Assembly: GCF_006345805.1 (NCBI RefSeq)
Contig: NC_042998.1
Coordinates: forward strand, 47,926,001-47,990,000
Origin: Octopus sinensis
Taxonomy: Eukaryota
Direction: 5' to 3'
Length of the DNA stretch: 64,000 nt
The translations under genes and the position numbers were made by a program. Shown piece by piece: positions 53,249 through 64,000 of this stretch. Numbering within the stretch: position 1 is the stretch's first letter; every line of letters starts with the position of its first letter. The notes beneath the pieces were generated by a model, which saw only the letters and a program-made list of their open reading frames with translations, did no database searches and was not told the DNA's origin.

Positions 53249-53794
53249 CAATGGTCCCAAACTAGGATCCATATGGCCCCTAAGGGTCCGTATAAAATTC
53301 TTGTGTGTGTGTGTGAGTGGGGAGAGGTCACACAACAAAACAGTAAATTAGGGATCCACAATAATGTTTTAAGAGACCCTAAAAATTTTTTGCTTGAGAT
53401 GTATGTATTAGTATATTATTGCAAGAAACAGCTGGGTTTCTTTCTCTAACATTTTACATATGGCCCCTGAGGATCCTTATAAGATACTTTGAGGTCCACA
53501 CAACAAAATATTAAATTGGAGATCCGCAATAATATTTAAAGGGACCTTGAAAAAATGTTGCTTTAGATATATATATATATTGATATGTATTGCAAGAAAC
53601 AGCTAGGCTTCTTTCTCTGACGATTTGTATAGTTCAAACCTGCACGGGTTAACGTGTGAAAAGCAAAATAGGAATTTTGAAAAAAGTTTCTATAAAACTA
53701 GTTTTTAAACACCGAACGGCTATGGAGGGGGGCACCAAAATGAAATAGTAATCAAAGGGGTTCATAGATGAAAAAAAATGGTTGAGAACCCCTG
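53249..53794. mobile_element. hAT-type MITE with internal tandem duplication
   Basis: Perfect 8-bp TSD gtttagac (53241-53248, 53795-53802); TIR caatggtcccaaac / gttgagaacccctg; 53351-53460 repeated at 53519-53630. Confidence 0.9.
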
Positions 53795-54169
53795 GTTTAG
53801 ACTATTCTTCTTTAAGAAAGTCTAATAAGTCCGAAGCAAGTCCAGTGTTATGTATATGTGTATGTATCTACGTATGCGTGTATGTATAGATTTATGTACA
53901 TACATATATGCATGTATGTACGCATGTAAGGGTATATACATATATTTATATACGCATATATACATGCACACGCATATATGTACACATATATGTATATATC
54001 TAATGTAAATAATACCTAAAAATTTTATGAAGATCTAGTTATAAAAGTGCAAAAATTATCAGAAGAGCCCTTCCTATCCATTTCTTCAAATATACATAAA
54101 CACACACACACACGCACACACATACATAAACATACACAGGCACATGTGTGCGTGCGCGCGCACTGTGTG

Positions 54170-54217
<48 letters not shown>

Positions 54218-54511
54218 GTGTGTGTGGTGTGTGTGTGTGTATACCTGCCGTTTATAAATAATTACTGACGTATATCTATCTGATTGTAAAAGTATTAAAT
54301 GATATATGAATTGTATCCATGTATTAATATATATTTCAGACGCTTTAAAACCAAATGTCTGAAAGTTTGCCTTGCAAAATCATACGGTAATATGTACGAC
54401 ATGACTGCATGACATATCGACTAATTGCCTGTAGTGGCATAGGTAGCTTGTGTGTCGTCCAGGGCAATCCTTGGGTTTGTTTTTCCCTCCTACACACACA
54501 CATACATACAC

Positions 54512-54767
54512 GCCTCCAGGCTTGTACAAATCCATCCTCCGAGAAGCGACATCCAGAGCAAACTGTACTCCGCCCCAGTAACTCCACACCTTAGTGCCTT
54601 TCACATGTAACCTCGGATCGATTCGTGCCGTCTGAGTAAAATCAGATAAGCGGAAAATGGACTGAAGCGTGTCCCACGAATAGGGCCTATAATTCAAAGA
54701 AACAGCCTTGTTACACCCTGAGTACTCCTTCAAAGGGACTTGTGTATGCGGAATACCCAGCCATTTA
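54512..54767 (-). CDS. Candidate internal exon, unknown protein
   Basis: 85 stop-free codons (KWLGIPHTQ...MDLYKPGG) in a non-repetitive, GC-richer island; weak splice signals. Confidence 0.25.
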
Positions 54768-54794
54768 CTAATATTTCAGTGCGATATTACTCTT

Positions 54795-55161
54795 TACTAT
54801 CTTTTTACTCTTTTACTTGTTTCAGTCATTTGACTGCGGCCATGCTGGAGCACCGCCTTTAGTCGAGCAAATCGACCCCGGGACTTATTCTTTGTAAGCC
54901 CAGTACTTATTCTATCGGTCTCTTTTGCCGAACCACTATGTTGGTTCGGTTGTCAAGCAATGCTAGGGGGACAAACACAGACACACAAACACACACACAC
55001 ACATATACATATATGTTTCCGTCTACCAAATTCACTCACAAGGCATTGGTCGGCCCGGGGCTATAGCAGAAGACACTTGCCCAAGATGCCACGCAGTGGG
55101 ACTGAACCCGCAACCATGTGGTTGGTTAGCAAGCTACTTACCACACAGCCACTCCTGCGCC
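54795..55161 (-). mobile_element. SINE family A
   Basis: Full head and tail, small internal deletions, atatta on both flanks. Confidence 0.9.
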
Positions 55162-55395
55162 TATATTAGTTCACTTAATCAAACAACTATAATTTCATTG
55201 TTCGAAATTCTACCCGAGATCCATCTACATATTTTCATGAGCAGCGCAGGAAGTGGATGGAGCAATCGGTCGAGCGTCAGACCACAATTCCTTGAAGTAT
55301 CTGATTATGTATCTTCAAATCCTCCCCAAGTTAATTTAATTTTTCATTGTTCCCAAGAACTTAGATACCTATTGCTACTTTATCTCCATCTAGAA

Positions 55396-55945
55396 TGTTC
55401 CCTAAGTATATTCTTTTCTATTCTTGGCACAAGGCCCGAAATTTTGGGGGATGAGGCCAGTCGATTAGATCGACTCCAATACGCAACTGGTAATTAATTT
55501 ATCGGCCCCGAAAGGATGAAAGGTAAAGTCGACCTCGGCGGAATTTGAACTCAAAACGCAAAAACAGACGAAATACCGCTAAGTATTTCGCCCGGCGTGC
55601 TTATGATTCTGTCAGTTCACTGCGTTGTTCCCTAAGAATATTCTTTTCCATACAAAGCACAAGGTCCAAATTTTTAGGGAAAAGGCCAGTCAATTAGATC
55701 GACTCCAATACGCAACTGGTACTTAATTTATCGACTCCCGAAACGATGAAAGGCAAAGTCGACCTCGGCGGAATTTGAATTCAGACCGTAAAAACAGACG
55801 AAATACCGCTAATGATTTTACGAAGATCTAGTTATAAAAGTGCAAAAATTATCAGAAAAGCCCTTCCTATTCATTTCTTCAAATATGCATAAACACACGT
55901 TTCTAACGTTTCTGTCAGCTCATCGCCTTGTTCCCTAAGAATATT
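55396..55945 (-). mobile_element. Two SINE family B copies bounded by three copies of a 17-bp target sequence
   Basis: tgttccctaagWatatt at 55396, 55626 and 55929. Confidence 0.85.
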
Positions 55946-56116
55946 GAATCGACTCTGGTACTTGATTGCTACTTTATTTTTAATCGACCCTTCAGGATGA
56001 AAGCCCAAGTTGACATTGGCAAGATTTCAAATTAAGAACATAAAGTAGTGGTTCTCAACCGAGTTTCATATGACCCTTGAAGGGGTCCATACAGAGTTCA
56101 AACTAAGAGCATAAAG

Positions 56117-56374
56117 CAGTGGTCCTCAGACGGGTTTCATAAGGCCCTTGCAGGGGTCCATACAAGATTTTGTTGTTAAAAATTATGTCCAATAAACTGA
56201 CTATACTTCTACAATACACAAAATATTTAACTATTTTTTAAATACAATCCCTTATAATATTTAATTACGAAAATATAATAAGAGTTTTTAAGTATTGAAT
56301 GACTGTGGAGGTCCACCCGAGTAAAATAGGGATCCGAGGGGGTACATAGGTAAAAACCAAATGGAGAAACACTG
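56117..56374. mobile_element. hAT-type MITE
   Basis: TSD gcataaag (56109-56116, 56375-56382); cagtggtcctc / gagaaacactg ends; ~70-bp duplicate of the left end at 56027-56093. Confidence 0.8.
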
Positions 56375-56435
56375 GCATAAAGGATCGCAACTTAATAGCT
56401 CACATATTGTGCTCGACGCTCCAACGATTCTTTAC

Positions 56436-56522
56436 TTATGCACAGCCTTGTCGATGAAATACGTTATTGAATATCCTATGCTAGGTATTACCCCAGCATA
56501 GCCAGAATCCAATGACTTGAAC
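56436..56522 (-). CDS. Candidate internal exon, unknown protein
   Basis: Strong acceptor ttttcccttgttcttttacag; FKSLDSGYAGVIPSIGYSITYFIDKAVH to donor AA|GTAAAG, or VQVIGFWLCW to donor G|GTAATA at 56491. Confidence 0.35.
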
Positions 56523-56783
56523 CTGTAAAAGAACAAGGGAAAATGGATTAAGTCAAGCAAACGTGTGTTCACGCACACGTACATATAGAACTGCATATAG
56601 ATCTGAAATAGACCTGGAGTAGAATGGACACGGCATTGACAAGGTCGTGTATGGCGAAAGGACGTTGGGAAACTTAAAGGATATATTGACTGACCGAACG
56701 ATTGATCGAACAATCGATTAGCTAATTGTTGAAATGAAATTCCTCACACTGATGAGAATGACAATGCATAGATTTAATTATAA

Positions 56784-57160
56784 CTAGCAGTATCACCCGG
56801 CGTTGCTCGGGTTTGTAAGGGAAATAACTATAAAGCATTTTTAGAGAGTTATAGCCAAAATAGCAAAAAAAATGGAAAAAATATGATGGTAATTTTTTTT
56901 TAAATCGTTGACTCATCGTAGACATTTTTAGAGAGTTACTTCTCTTTAAAAAAATATGCATTAAAATGGAAAAAAATGATGGTAAATTATTTTTAAAATC
57001 GTAGACTCATCGTAGACGCGCGCTAATACCCAGAAGGGCTCGATATGAATCACGACTATAAGATACCCGGTTTTGGTTAAACTGCACCGCAAAATGTTGG
57101 AGTAGTTAGGAATCTAAATCGGAGTAGACAGACACACAACCTTACTTTTATATATAAAGA
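56784..57160 (-). mobile_element. Non-autonomous Helitron, complete, 377 bp
   Basis: 5' TCTTTATATATAAAAG; 3' hairpin cccgagcaacgccggg followed by CTAG; inserted between A and T, no TSD. Confidence 0.9.
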
Positions 57161-57544
57161 TTACTATGATTATAATTTTTCTTCTTAAACATTTGTACTG
57201 TCTTTCAATGCGTATGCATTGAATCCAATTGAGTATTAAATCTAATTTTGATTCAACATCTTTTTTCCCATTTTTTAATATTTGTTTATGGTATATTTAT
57301 ACCTATAACGAAAATTCTCAACTATTATTTTCATATTCTTATTACTTGCGCTGGCTGATTTTTATGAATATGATGAATCTTTATAAGAAATCATTTTTTC
57401 CCTCTCTTTTTGGATAACTCAAAAAGTTTGAATTGTTCTTTTTGAACTTACTTTTTCTTATGTATGTATTATATATATATTTATATTTCGTTTTTGTATT
57501 TGCAAGGTTTTTTAATGTGAATTCATGTGTTCAAATGTATTCTA

Positions 57545-57742
57545 TTGTGTCTAGGGAGAGTCATTCTCTTTTAGTACCTTATTGTTTAACACACTCACCG
57601 TTTCGAGTTCCACTCATTTACTCTTATCCTTATTACTCATTTATTTATTTTTGACTATAGAAAAAAATATATGAGTGGAAATCAAACCGGTGAGTGTGTT
57701 AAAAAAATAAGGCTCTAGAAGAGAATGACTCTCCTCAGATAC
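57545..57742. repeat. Imperfect inverted repeat, ~70-bp arms
   Basis: ggagagtcattctctt...aacacactcacc...ttccactcat versus atgagtggaa...ggtgagtgtgtt...aagagaatgactctcc. Confidence 0.8.
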
Positions 57743-58065
57743 AATGAAAATATATATATATTCTTTTCTCTCTTCACCGAAATTGCTAAGATGATCTGGT
57801 TCTTGACTGATGACTGAGGCTTCGAATGTCCCGTCCTGTGGTTTGTGTCGTCTCTGTGGTGTTTCATGTTTCTTGTCCATGTCTGTAATTATTTTTACTG
57901 TTTACCTATATATATATATATATATCTATATATATATATATATATAGAAAATAGTAAAAAGTGAAAAAACTACAGAAGTCTTGTTTTAAAAGGTTAAAAA
58001 ATATATTTGAATCATTATGTCAGAAGAATGTTATAAAATTTTTTCATACAGTGACATAGTTTTTG

Positions 58066-58103
58066 AAGAAATTACCGGTTCGTGTTAACTTTTCAAATTT
58101 CTC
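58066..58103 (-). ncRNA. Diverged copy of the 48.1-kb minimal hammerhead
   Basis: GAGAAAT-TTGAAAA-GT taac AC-GAA-CCGG-TA-ATTTCTT; 7-bp stem I, A15.1 missing. Confidence 0.45.
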
Positions 58104-58146
58104 AAAACATCGTGTTATGTCTTCGTTTATGAAAGTGTAAAGAAGA

Positions 58147-58195
<49 letters not shown>

Positions 58196-59137
58196 AGATA
58201 TATATATATATATGTACAAGGCTTAAATCTTTCTGCTAAAATCCTTCAAGACAAGTACACCAAGATCGTTGCAATCCAATGATTGAAATAAGTAACAGAT
58301 AAAAGATAAAACCACACTGCTAATAATGAAATTTCTTTTCCAACAGTGTTTTAGCCGCAGCGGTTATACAGTTTGGTACCCAGCAATAAAGGCAACCCCT
58401 AAACAGGGTTCCAATAGGTTTCAATGACTTTTCCTTCATATATGTATATCACTAAATTAGCTAGTTAGAAAATTTCTAACACATGGCTGTGATTGGAAAA
58501 TGGTAGGGGTTCACTCCTCTACTTGCATTATATATCGGGTGCAGATTGCATCGAATAACCTGCTGGACGAAGCATCCTCCTGGAGTCAAAATGGTAGTAA
58601 CGTCGGTTCTTATAGAACAGTCATATTGAAGTGGTGATGAACATTATATTACTAAATGGCACCATTCTATTGTTACAGTCTATGCAAATGAAAATCTCCA
58701 GAGCTGTACAAACCAACCAACCAACCACCAAACAAACAAACCAACATACCAATCAACAATGTTAAGTGGATAGATGACATTCCTGCAGACGCACGACAGC
58801 TCTCCTTCTACAGACATATGCACAAAAATGTACAGGAAAAAACGCTGTACTGAACAAGTTCAAATACATACACATACATACATATATGTGTGTATGTATA
58901 TATCTGGTGTGTGTGTGTGTGTGTGTTTGTGGGCGTATGTAATGTTATTAATATATAAATGTGTGTGTCTGTTTGTATACACTTACATACATCATACGTG
59001 TATGTATGTATTTGCACATTTAATAAGCATTGTAGCAGAAAAGGTCTTCTCTGCAGATAACTTGATGGAACTTTAAACCTAAATGCACGTCCGCGGCTAA
59101 TGAAGTATACATACATACAGACAGACAGTTAGGACAG

Positions 59138-59191
<54 letters not shown>

Positions 59192-59281
59192 CTGACAATG
59201 GCTTAACTGACCTGAACCTCGAAGCCTCTGTCAATAATATTGTTTAAGAATAATGTGTGTGTATATGATTCCAGGATTCCG

Positions 59282-59336
<55 letters not shown>

Positions 59337-59379
59337 GTATGTGTGTGTGTGTGTGTATAAATAAGTTTCAAATTATGTA

Positions 59380-59730
59380 AAGTCGTAAGACGCTCCTGTC
59401 TTTGTACTGTCCACCTTCGTGTTTTTTTATTTCTGTTTTATATATAATTTTGTTTCTTGTATTTACATTCGTGTGGCATCCTGTCTTTGTTCCGTATACA
59501 TTCGACCCTCTTTCCAAGAAATCCATGCCTGTGGCTTGGATTTTCCTTGGGGCTGGCCGGATCGGAGTGATATCGAGATTAAACAGCCGAAATCACTAAG
59601 ATGATCCGGTTCCCGACTGAAGATTAGAGGCTTCGAGTGACCCGTCGGTTTTTGTGTCGTCTCCTTGTGTGTTTTTGCGTTCTTGTCCCACTTTGTAATT
59701 TATATTTTATTAATTTTTATATTCTATACA
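59380..59730 (+). mobile_element. TA-flanked repeat family D
   Basis: Homologous to 48405-48660 (minus) and 57745-57905. Confidence 0.65.
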
Positions 59731-59741
59731 TATATATATAT

Positions 59742-59786
<45 letters not shown>

Positions 59787-59932
59787 TATATATGTATATA
59801 TACATACACACACGCACACATGCATATATTCATTCACACAAATATACACTTAAAGATACTTAAATACATTATCATACTTATGCACACACACTCACACACA
59901 CACATGTTTACGTATGTGTGTACGTCTATAAC

Positions 59933-59964
<32 letters not shown>

Positions 59965-60034
59965 TGTATCTGACTGATTACATAGATAAATATAGTCTTA
60001 ACAATCACATGCAGCGCGCGCACACACACACACA

Positions 60035-60087
<53 letters not shown>

Positions 60088-60569
60088 ACATACAATCAGG
60101 CTGAAATTATACACAATGTGTCTATAAACATATATATTTACATATTTGAAAACATACCTATAAAATTAGGTTATTTGACTGTTTATTTTTATGGTAATTC
60201 CCAAGCGGATGGGCTTGGCCCATAGCTTGCGGTAATCCTGCTGATCTGAACCGTTTAACGAAAGGAAATATCAGCTCAAAACTATGTGACTAGACTTCAT
60301 TGTTAATGATCTTCGCTGCTACAGATAAAATTAATGCGGTTATCTCTCATAGAACCCTAACCCTAACCGTATCAAAAACGTTATTTGCAAATCCAAAAAA
60401 CTCTATATAAGAATGGTATAATGTTACATTAAAACATAAAACAATTTCTTCTGTTATTTTCTCTGTCCATTTATTTTGTGTTGTTGGTTGTGGTGCTTTT
60501 ATTTAATACAGGTACAATGCGTGATCTCGATTATCAAAACGTCTGTGTAATTCAAAGTCGACTTATATT

Positions 60570-60785
60570 GGTTTCAAATTTCAGTACCAGTCCAGCAATT
60601 TGGGGGTGGTGGGCAAGTTGATTACATCGGCCCCAGTGCTCAACTGGTACTTATTTTAATGACCTCCGAAAGGATGAAAGGTAAAATCGATCAAGGCCGC
60701 ATTTCGACTCAGAACGCAAAGACAGACAAAATGGCGCTGTGCTCTTTGCCCAGCGTGATAACGATTCTGCCAGCTTATCGCCTTA
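60570..60785 (-). mobile_element. SINE family B, diverged
   Basis: Core ctggtacttattttaatgacctccgaaaggatg; head cagcttatcgcctt. Confidence 0.8.
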
Positions 60786-61040
60786 AAATGTCAACCTACA
60801 TAATATAGCTAAAACCATGAAGGAACAAATTGTTTCAAGAAACATCAAACCTCTCATAAAAATTTATTATTATAGAAGTTAGTAGAATGAGAGAGAGGGA
60901 GAGAGAGAGAGAAAGAGAGGCAGACAGACAGATAGATAGAGGGAAGGAGGGAGAGAGAGGGGGGAAAGTGTAGCGTGGTTTTTTGTCATAACTGTTTCAA
61001 CATTGTAGGACTAACTGATATTCAGGATATAATTTCATAC

Positions 61041-61167
61041 CTCCACATTGTAAGTGGAATTCCACAGCGAGTTGACTTCGCCATTGAAACCTCCGACCTC
61101 ATTAAAGGAAGTACCAGTAACATAATCAGGTCGATACGGTCGACTATGCTTACTTCTCTTTCTTTCC
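61041..61167 (-). CDS. Candidate internal exon, unknown protein
   Basis: gttttgtag|G-ERKRSKHSRPYRPDYVTGTSFNEVGGFNGEVNSLWNSTYNVE|GTATGA; 127 nt, open, canonical sites. Confidence 0.4.
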
Positions 61168-61479
61168 CTACAAAACTTGATATTGTATTTATTTATTCAA
61201 AGGAAATCAGAATTTTGATATTCAATGGCCACACGGAAGTTTTGAAAACTCAACCCTTAAACATGTTTCAAATTTTGGTATACTAAAATACTAAACGACC
61301 ATACGGAAGTTTAAAAAATTCAACACTTATACATATATCAAACTGATGCAATGAGGACAGCAGTTTTGCTAGAATTGTGGAACGAGTGAACATTTGACGG
61401 ATATTTGTCCTGATCTTATTTGTTGTTAACACAAAGTTTCGGGGGCGGCATGTTTCGCCTTTGTATGACCAAAAGCTGC

Positions 61480-61798
61480 GTTTGCTCCATCCCATGCAGC
61501 TGTGGTAGGTTATACAAAGGCGAAACATGCTGCCCCTCAAAATAAGGGTAGACCAACATCGTAAAGTTGTGACACGAGGAGATATTAATAAATCGGGTAT
61601 AGCTGATCATGTATGGAAAAATGGATACCCCCCTCCCCTATTAAAATAATAGACGGAGAACACCACTGGAAAATACGAAAACTAAAAGAAGCAGCACATA
61701 TAGTGGGACACAACAACCTCCTAAGCAGACCTAGTGCAGATATGAATAACATATGAGAACCGGCATTAAGGAAGGATAGGAAAATATTAGATTTATAA
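61480..61798 (+). pseudogene. GIY-YIG endonuclease C-terminus of a Penelope-like ORF
   Basis: VCSIPCSCGRLYKGET / LKIRVDQHRK...KSGIADHVW / KIIDGEHHWKIRKLKEAAHI...LLSRPS; two frameshifts and one internal stop. Confidence 0.88.
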
Positions 61799-61826
61799 GG
61801 TCTAAAATTCACTCCAGAATTTGCCC

Positions 61827-61884
61827 ACATAGTAGTTAAGAGCGCGGGCTACATACCCCAAGATTCCGAGTTCAATTCCAGGCA
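61827..61884 (+). promoter_or_regulatory. tRNA-derived head with Pol III A/B-box-like motifs inside the terminal repeat
   Basis: tagtagttaagagcgcgggctac...aagattccgagttcaattcc; better-preserved copies at 43623-43684 (+) and 43516-43580 (-). Confidence 0.75.
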
Positions 61885-61905
61885 ATGATGATGATGATGA
61901 TGATG

Positions 61906-61947
<42 letters not shown>

Positions 61948-62044
61948 CGACGACGACGACGACGACGACGACTACGATGATGACGACAACAACAACATCG
62001 AGAAATACCTTAGGAATGAGAACCCAGGTTCGAAATTTCCCCAA

Positions 62045-62090
62045 GACACCTGATGAAGGCTGGAGGGGATATCAGCCGAAACGTTGTTTT
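62045..62090 (+). ncRNA. Type I minimal hammerhead with intact core
   Basis: GACAC-CTGATGA-a-GGCTG gaggggatat CAGCC-GAAA-CG-TT-GTTTT; palindromic ACGT stem III, GUU site after 62085. Confidence 0.7.
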
Positions 62091-62239
62091 AACAACAAAC
62101 AAGATGAGGACAAATATCGGCAAAAGACATCGATAGAAAAAGTACTGGGCTTAAAGATAAATAAGTGGTGGTGACGACTAGTTGGACTAAAACCCTTCAA
62201 AGCGGTGCACCAAGCCGCAGCCAAATGATTAAAATAAGT

Positions 62240-62750
<511 letters not shown>

Positions 62751-63181
62751 AAAACGGAAAAGAGATATGGATGGAAGGAAGATGTAAGATTAAGAATTTC
62801 CTTTCCGAATAGAAGGGAAACTAACGCATAGCCACGTGTGCAAAGTGTGTGTATATGTATTCTGATAGCTTGAAATATGCAGCAAATTTTGTGCACGGTA
62901 ACATAGTTAATGCACCTGTGTAAACATGTGGCCTACCCACGTCATATGTTCTGGGGGCCCCCCTTCTCCATCCTTCTTATCAACCTGTAATATTTCCAGA
63001 TATATATAAAACACGCATAGAGTATTCCGTTTCTTCAATTCACCCTCAAGCAATTTATTCACTGTCCATGTCACACCTGCTTATACTTCCGGTTATTTTA
63101 AACCTTCTTAAACATCAACAACAACGACAGCTGTAGCAGCAACAACGTTGCTAACTCTATGGCCACTAACCACCAACACTT

Positions 63182-63355
63182 GTGGAGGCACATGGCCTAG
63201 TGGTGAGAGCAGCGGACTCGCGATCGAGAGATCGCGATCGCGAGTTCGAATCTCAGACCGAGTGATGTGTGTGTGTATTTATGAGCGTAACACCTAAGCT
63301 CCCACGCGGCTCCGACATAAGGTAATGGCCAACTTCTGCTGACTCTTTCGCCAAC
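63182..63355 (+). mobile_element. SINE family C, 5' part
   Basis: gtggaggcacatggcctagtggtgagagcagcggactcgcg head. Confidence 0.8.
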
Positions 63356-63666
63356 ACTACAAGCAACACATGAAAAAAAAAGAGTGCTTCTACGTGGTCG
63401 TACCATCTGTTAGTAACAGCAGCAACCAAATCTTCCTCAAAAAATTGCTCCCTGTCGTCAGCTTAAAGAGGACGAAAACATAGCGTGTGTCACTTCCCGA
63501 ATAAAGGACAAAGTGTAAGGCTGGAATGCATCCGATCAAAAGTTTGCAGGCGCATAGCTGACATGAAGCTAAACAGCAAAAACAACAAATACAGCAACAG
63601 CAACAACAACAGCAACAACAATAGCATGCCAATGATATCAGTTTTATTTAATTACCCATCCATATA

Positions 63667-64000
63667 TCTTTATATATAAAAGTGAAGTTGTGTGTCTGTC
63701 TCCTACGATTTAGATTCCTAACTACTCCCAAATTTTGCGGTGCAGTTTAACCAAATTCGGGTATCTTATAGTCGTGATTCATATCAAGCCCGTCTGGGTA
63801 TTAGCGCGCGTCTACGATGAGTCTACGATTTTAAAAATAATTTAACATCATTTTTTATTCCATTTTAATGCATAATTTTTCGTGTGTCGATGGCGGCGGA
63901 GTTGGCGTCCATTGTCACACCTGCACCTGTTTGCTTCTCCCCCTTCTTCCCTCCCTCGTGAAGCTGTGTGGAAGGGAGCGTAAAGAAATCAACGTCGTAA
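63667..64000 (+). mobile_element. Helitron 5' part, longer relative of 56784-57160, runs off the window
   Basis: A|TCTTTATATATAAAAG start; ~200 bp highly similar to the 57-kb copy, then unrelated GC-richer interior. Confidence 0.85.

Larger units (their letters stand above)
61390..62124 (+). mobile_element. 5'-truncated Penelope-like element with inverted 5' junction
   Basis: Inverted repeat tail 61390-61442; fold-back 61442-61470; GIY-YIG remnant; tRNA-like head; microsatellite; HHR; tail. Confidence 0.88.

Noticed and set aside
60353-60368. (CCCTAA)n telomere-like motif, also at ~13272
   Set aside because: Only 2-3 units, inside repeat-like sequence.
60975-61286. 103-aa plus-strand ORF
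   Set aside because: GTG start, no recognisable motif; largely the antisense of the better-bounded minus-strand exon candidate.

Overview
AT-rich, repeat-dominated animal DNA, most likely Octopus (inferred from the tRNA-derived SINE types and the extreme (TA)n/(TG)n content), with a 100-N assembly gap at 29125-29224. Almost all listed ORFs are microsatellite or SINE artefacts. Well supported: three SINE families (>40 copies), a 5'-truncated RTE/RTEX LINE with TSD, a decayed L1/Tx1 LINE, a Penelope-like (GIY-YIG) fragment, hAT and other MITEs, two non-autonomous Helitrons and one tRNA-Arg(TCG) gene. Main discovery: several unrelated repeat families carry hammerhead ribozyme (HHR) cores, mostly inside fold-back (inverted) structures. 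The most striking is a Penelope-like element whose terminal repeat has a tRNA-Arg-like Pol III head, then a microsatellite, then a type I HHR; this layout recurs at two independent loci (43.3-43.9 kb and 61.4-62.1 kb). A second HHR family (48.1 kb and 58.1 kb) shows compensatory changes. There is also a candidate two-exon gene for a secreted Cys-rich Ly6/three-finger-like protein (45.4 kb + 49.5-49.9 kb, one frameshift) and weaker candidate exons. All RNA folds and splice models were derived by eye and are untested.
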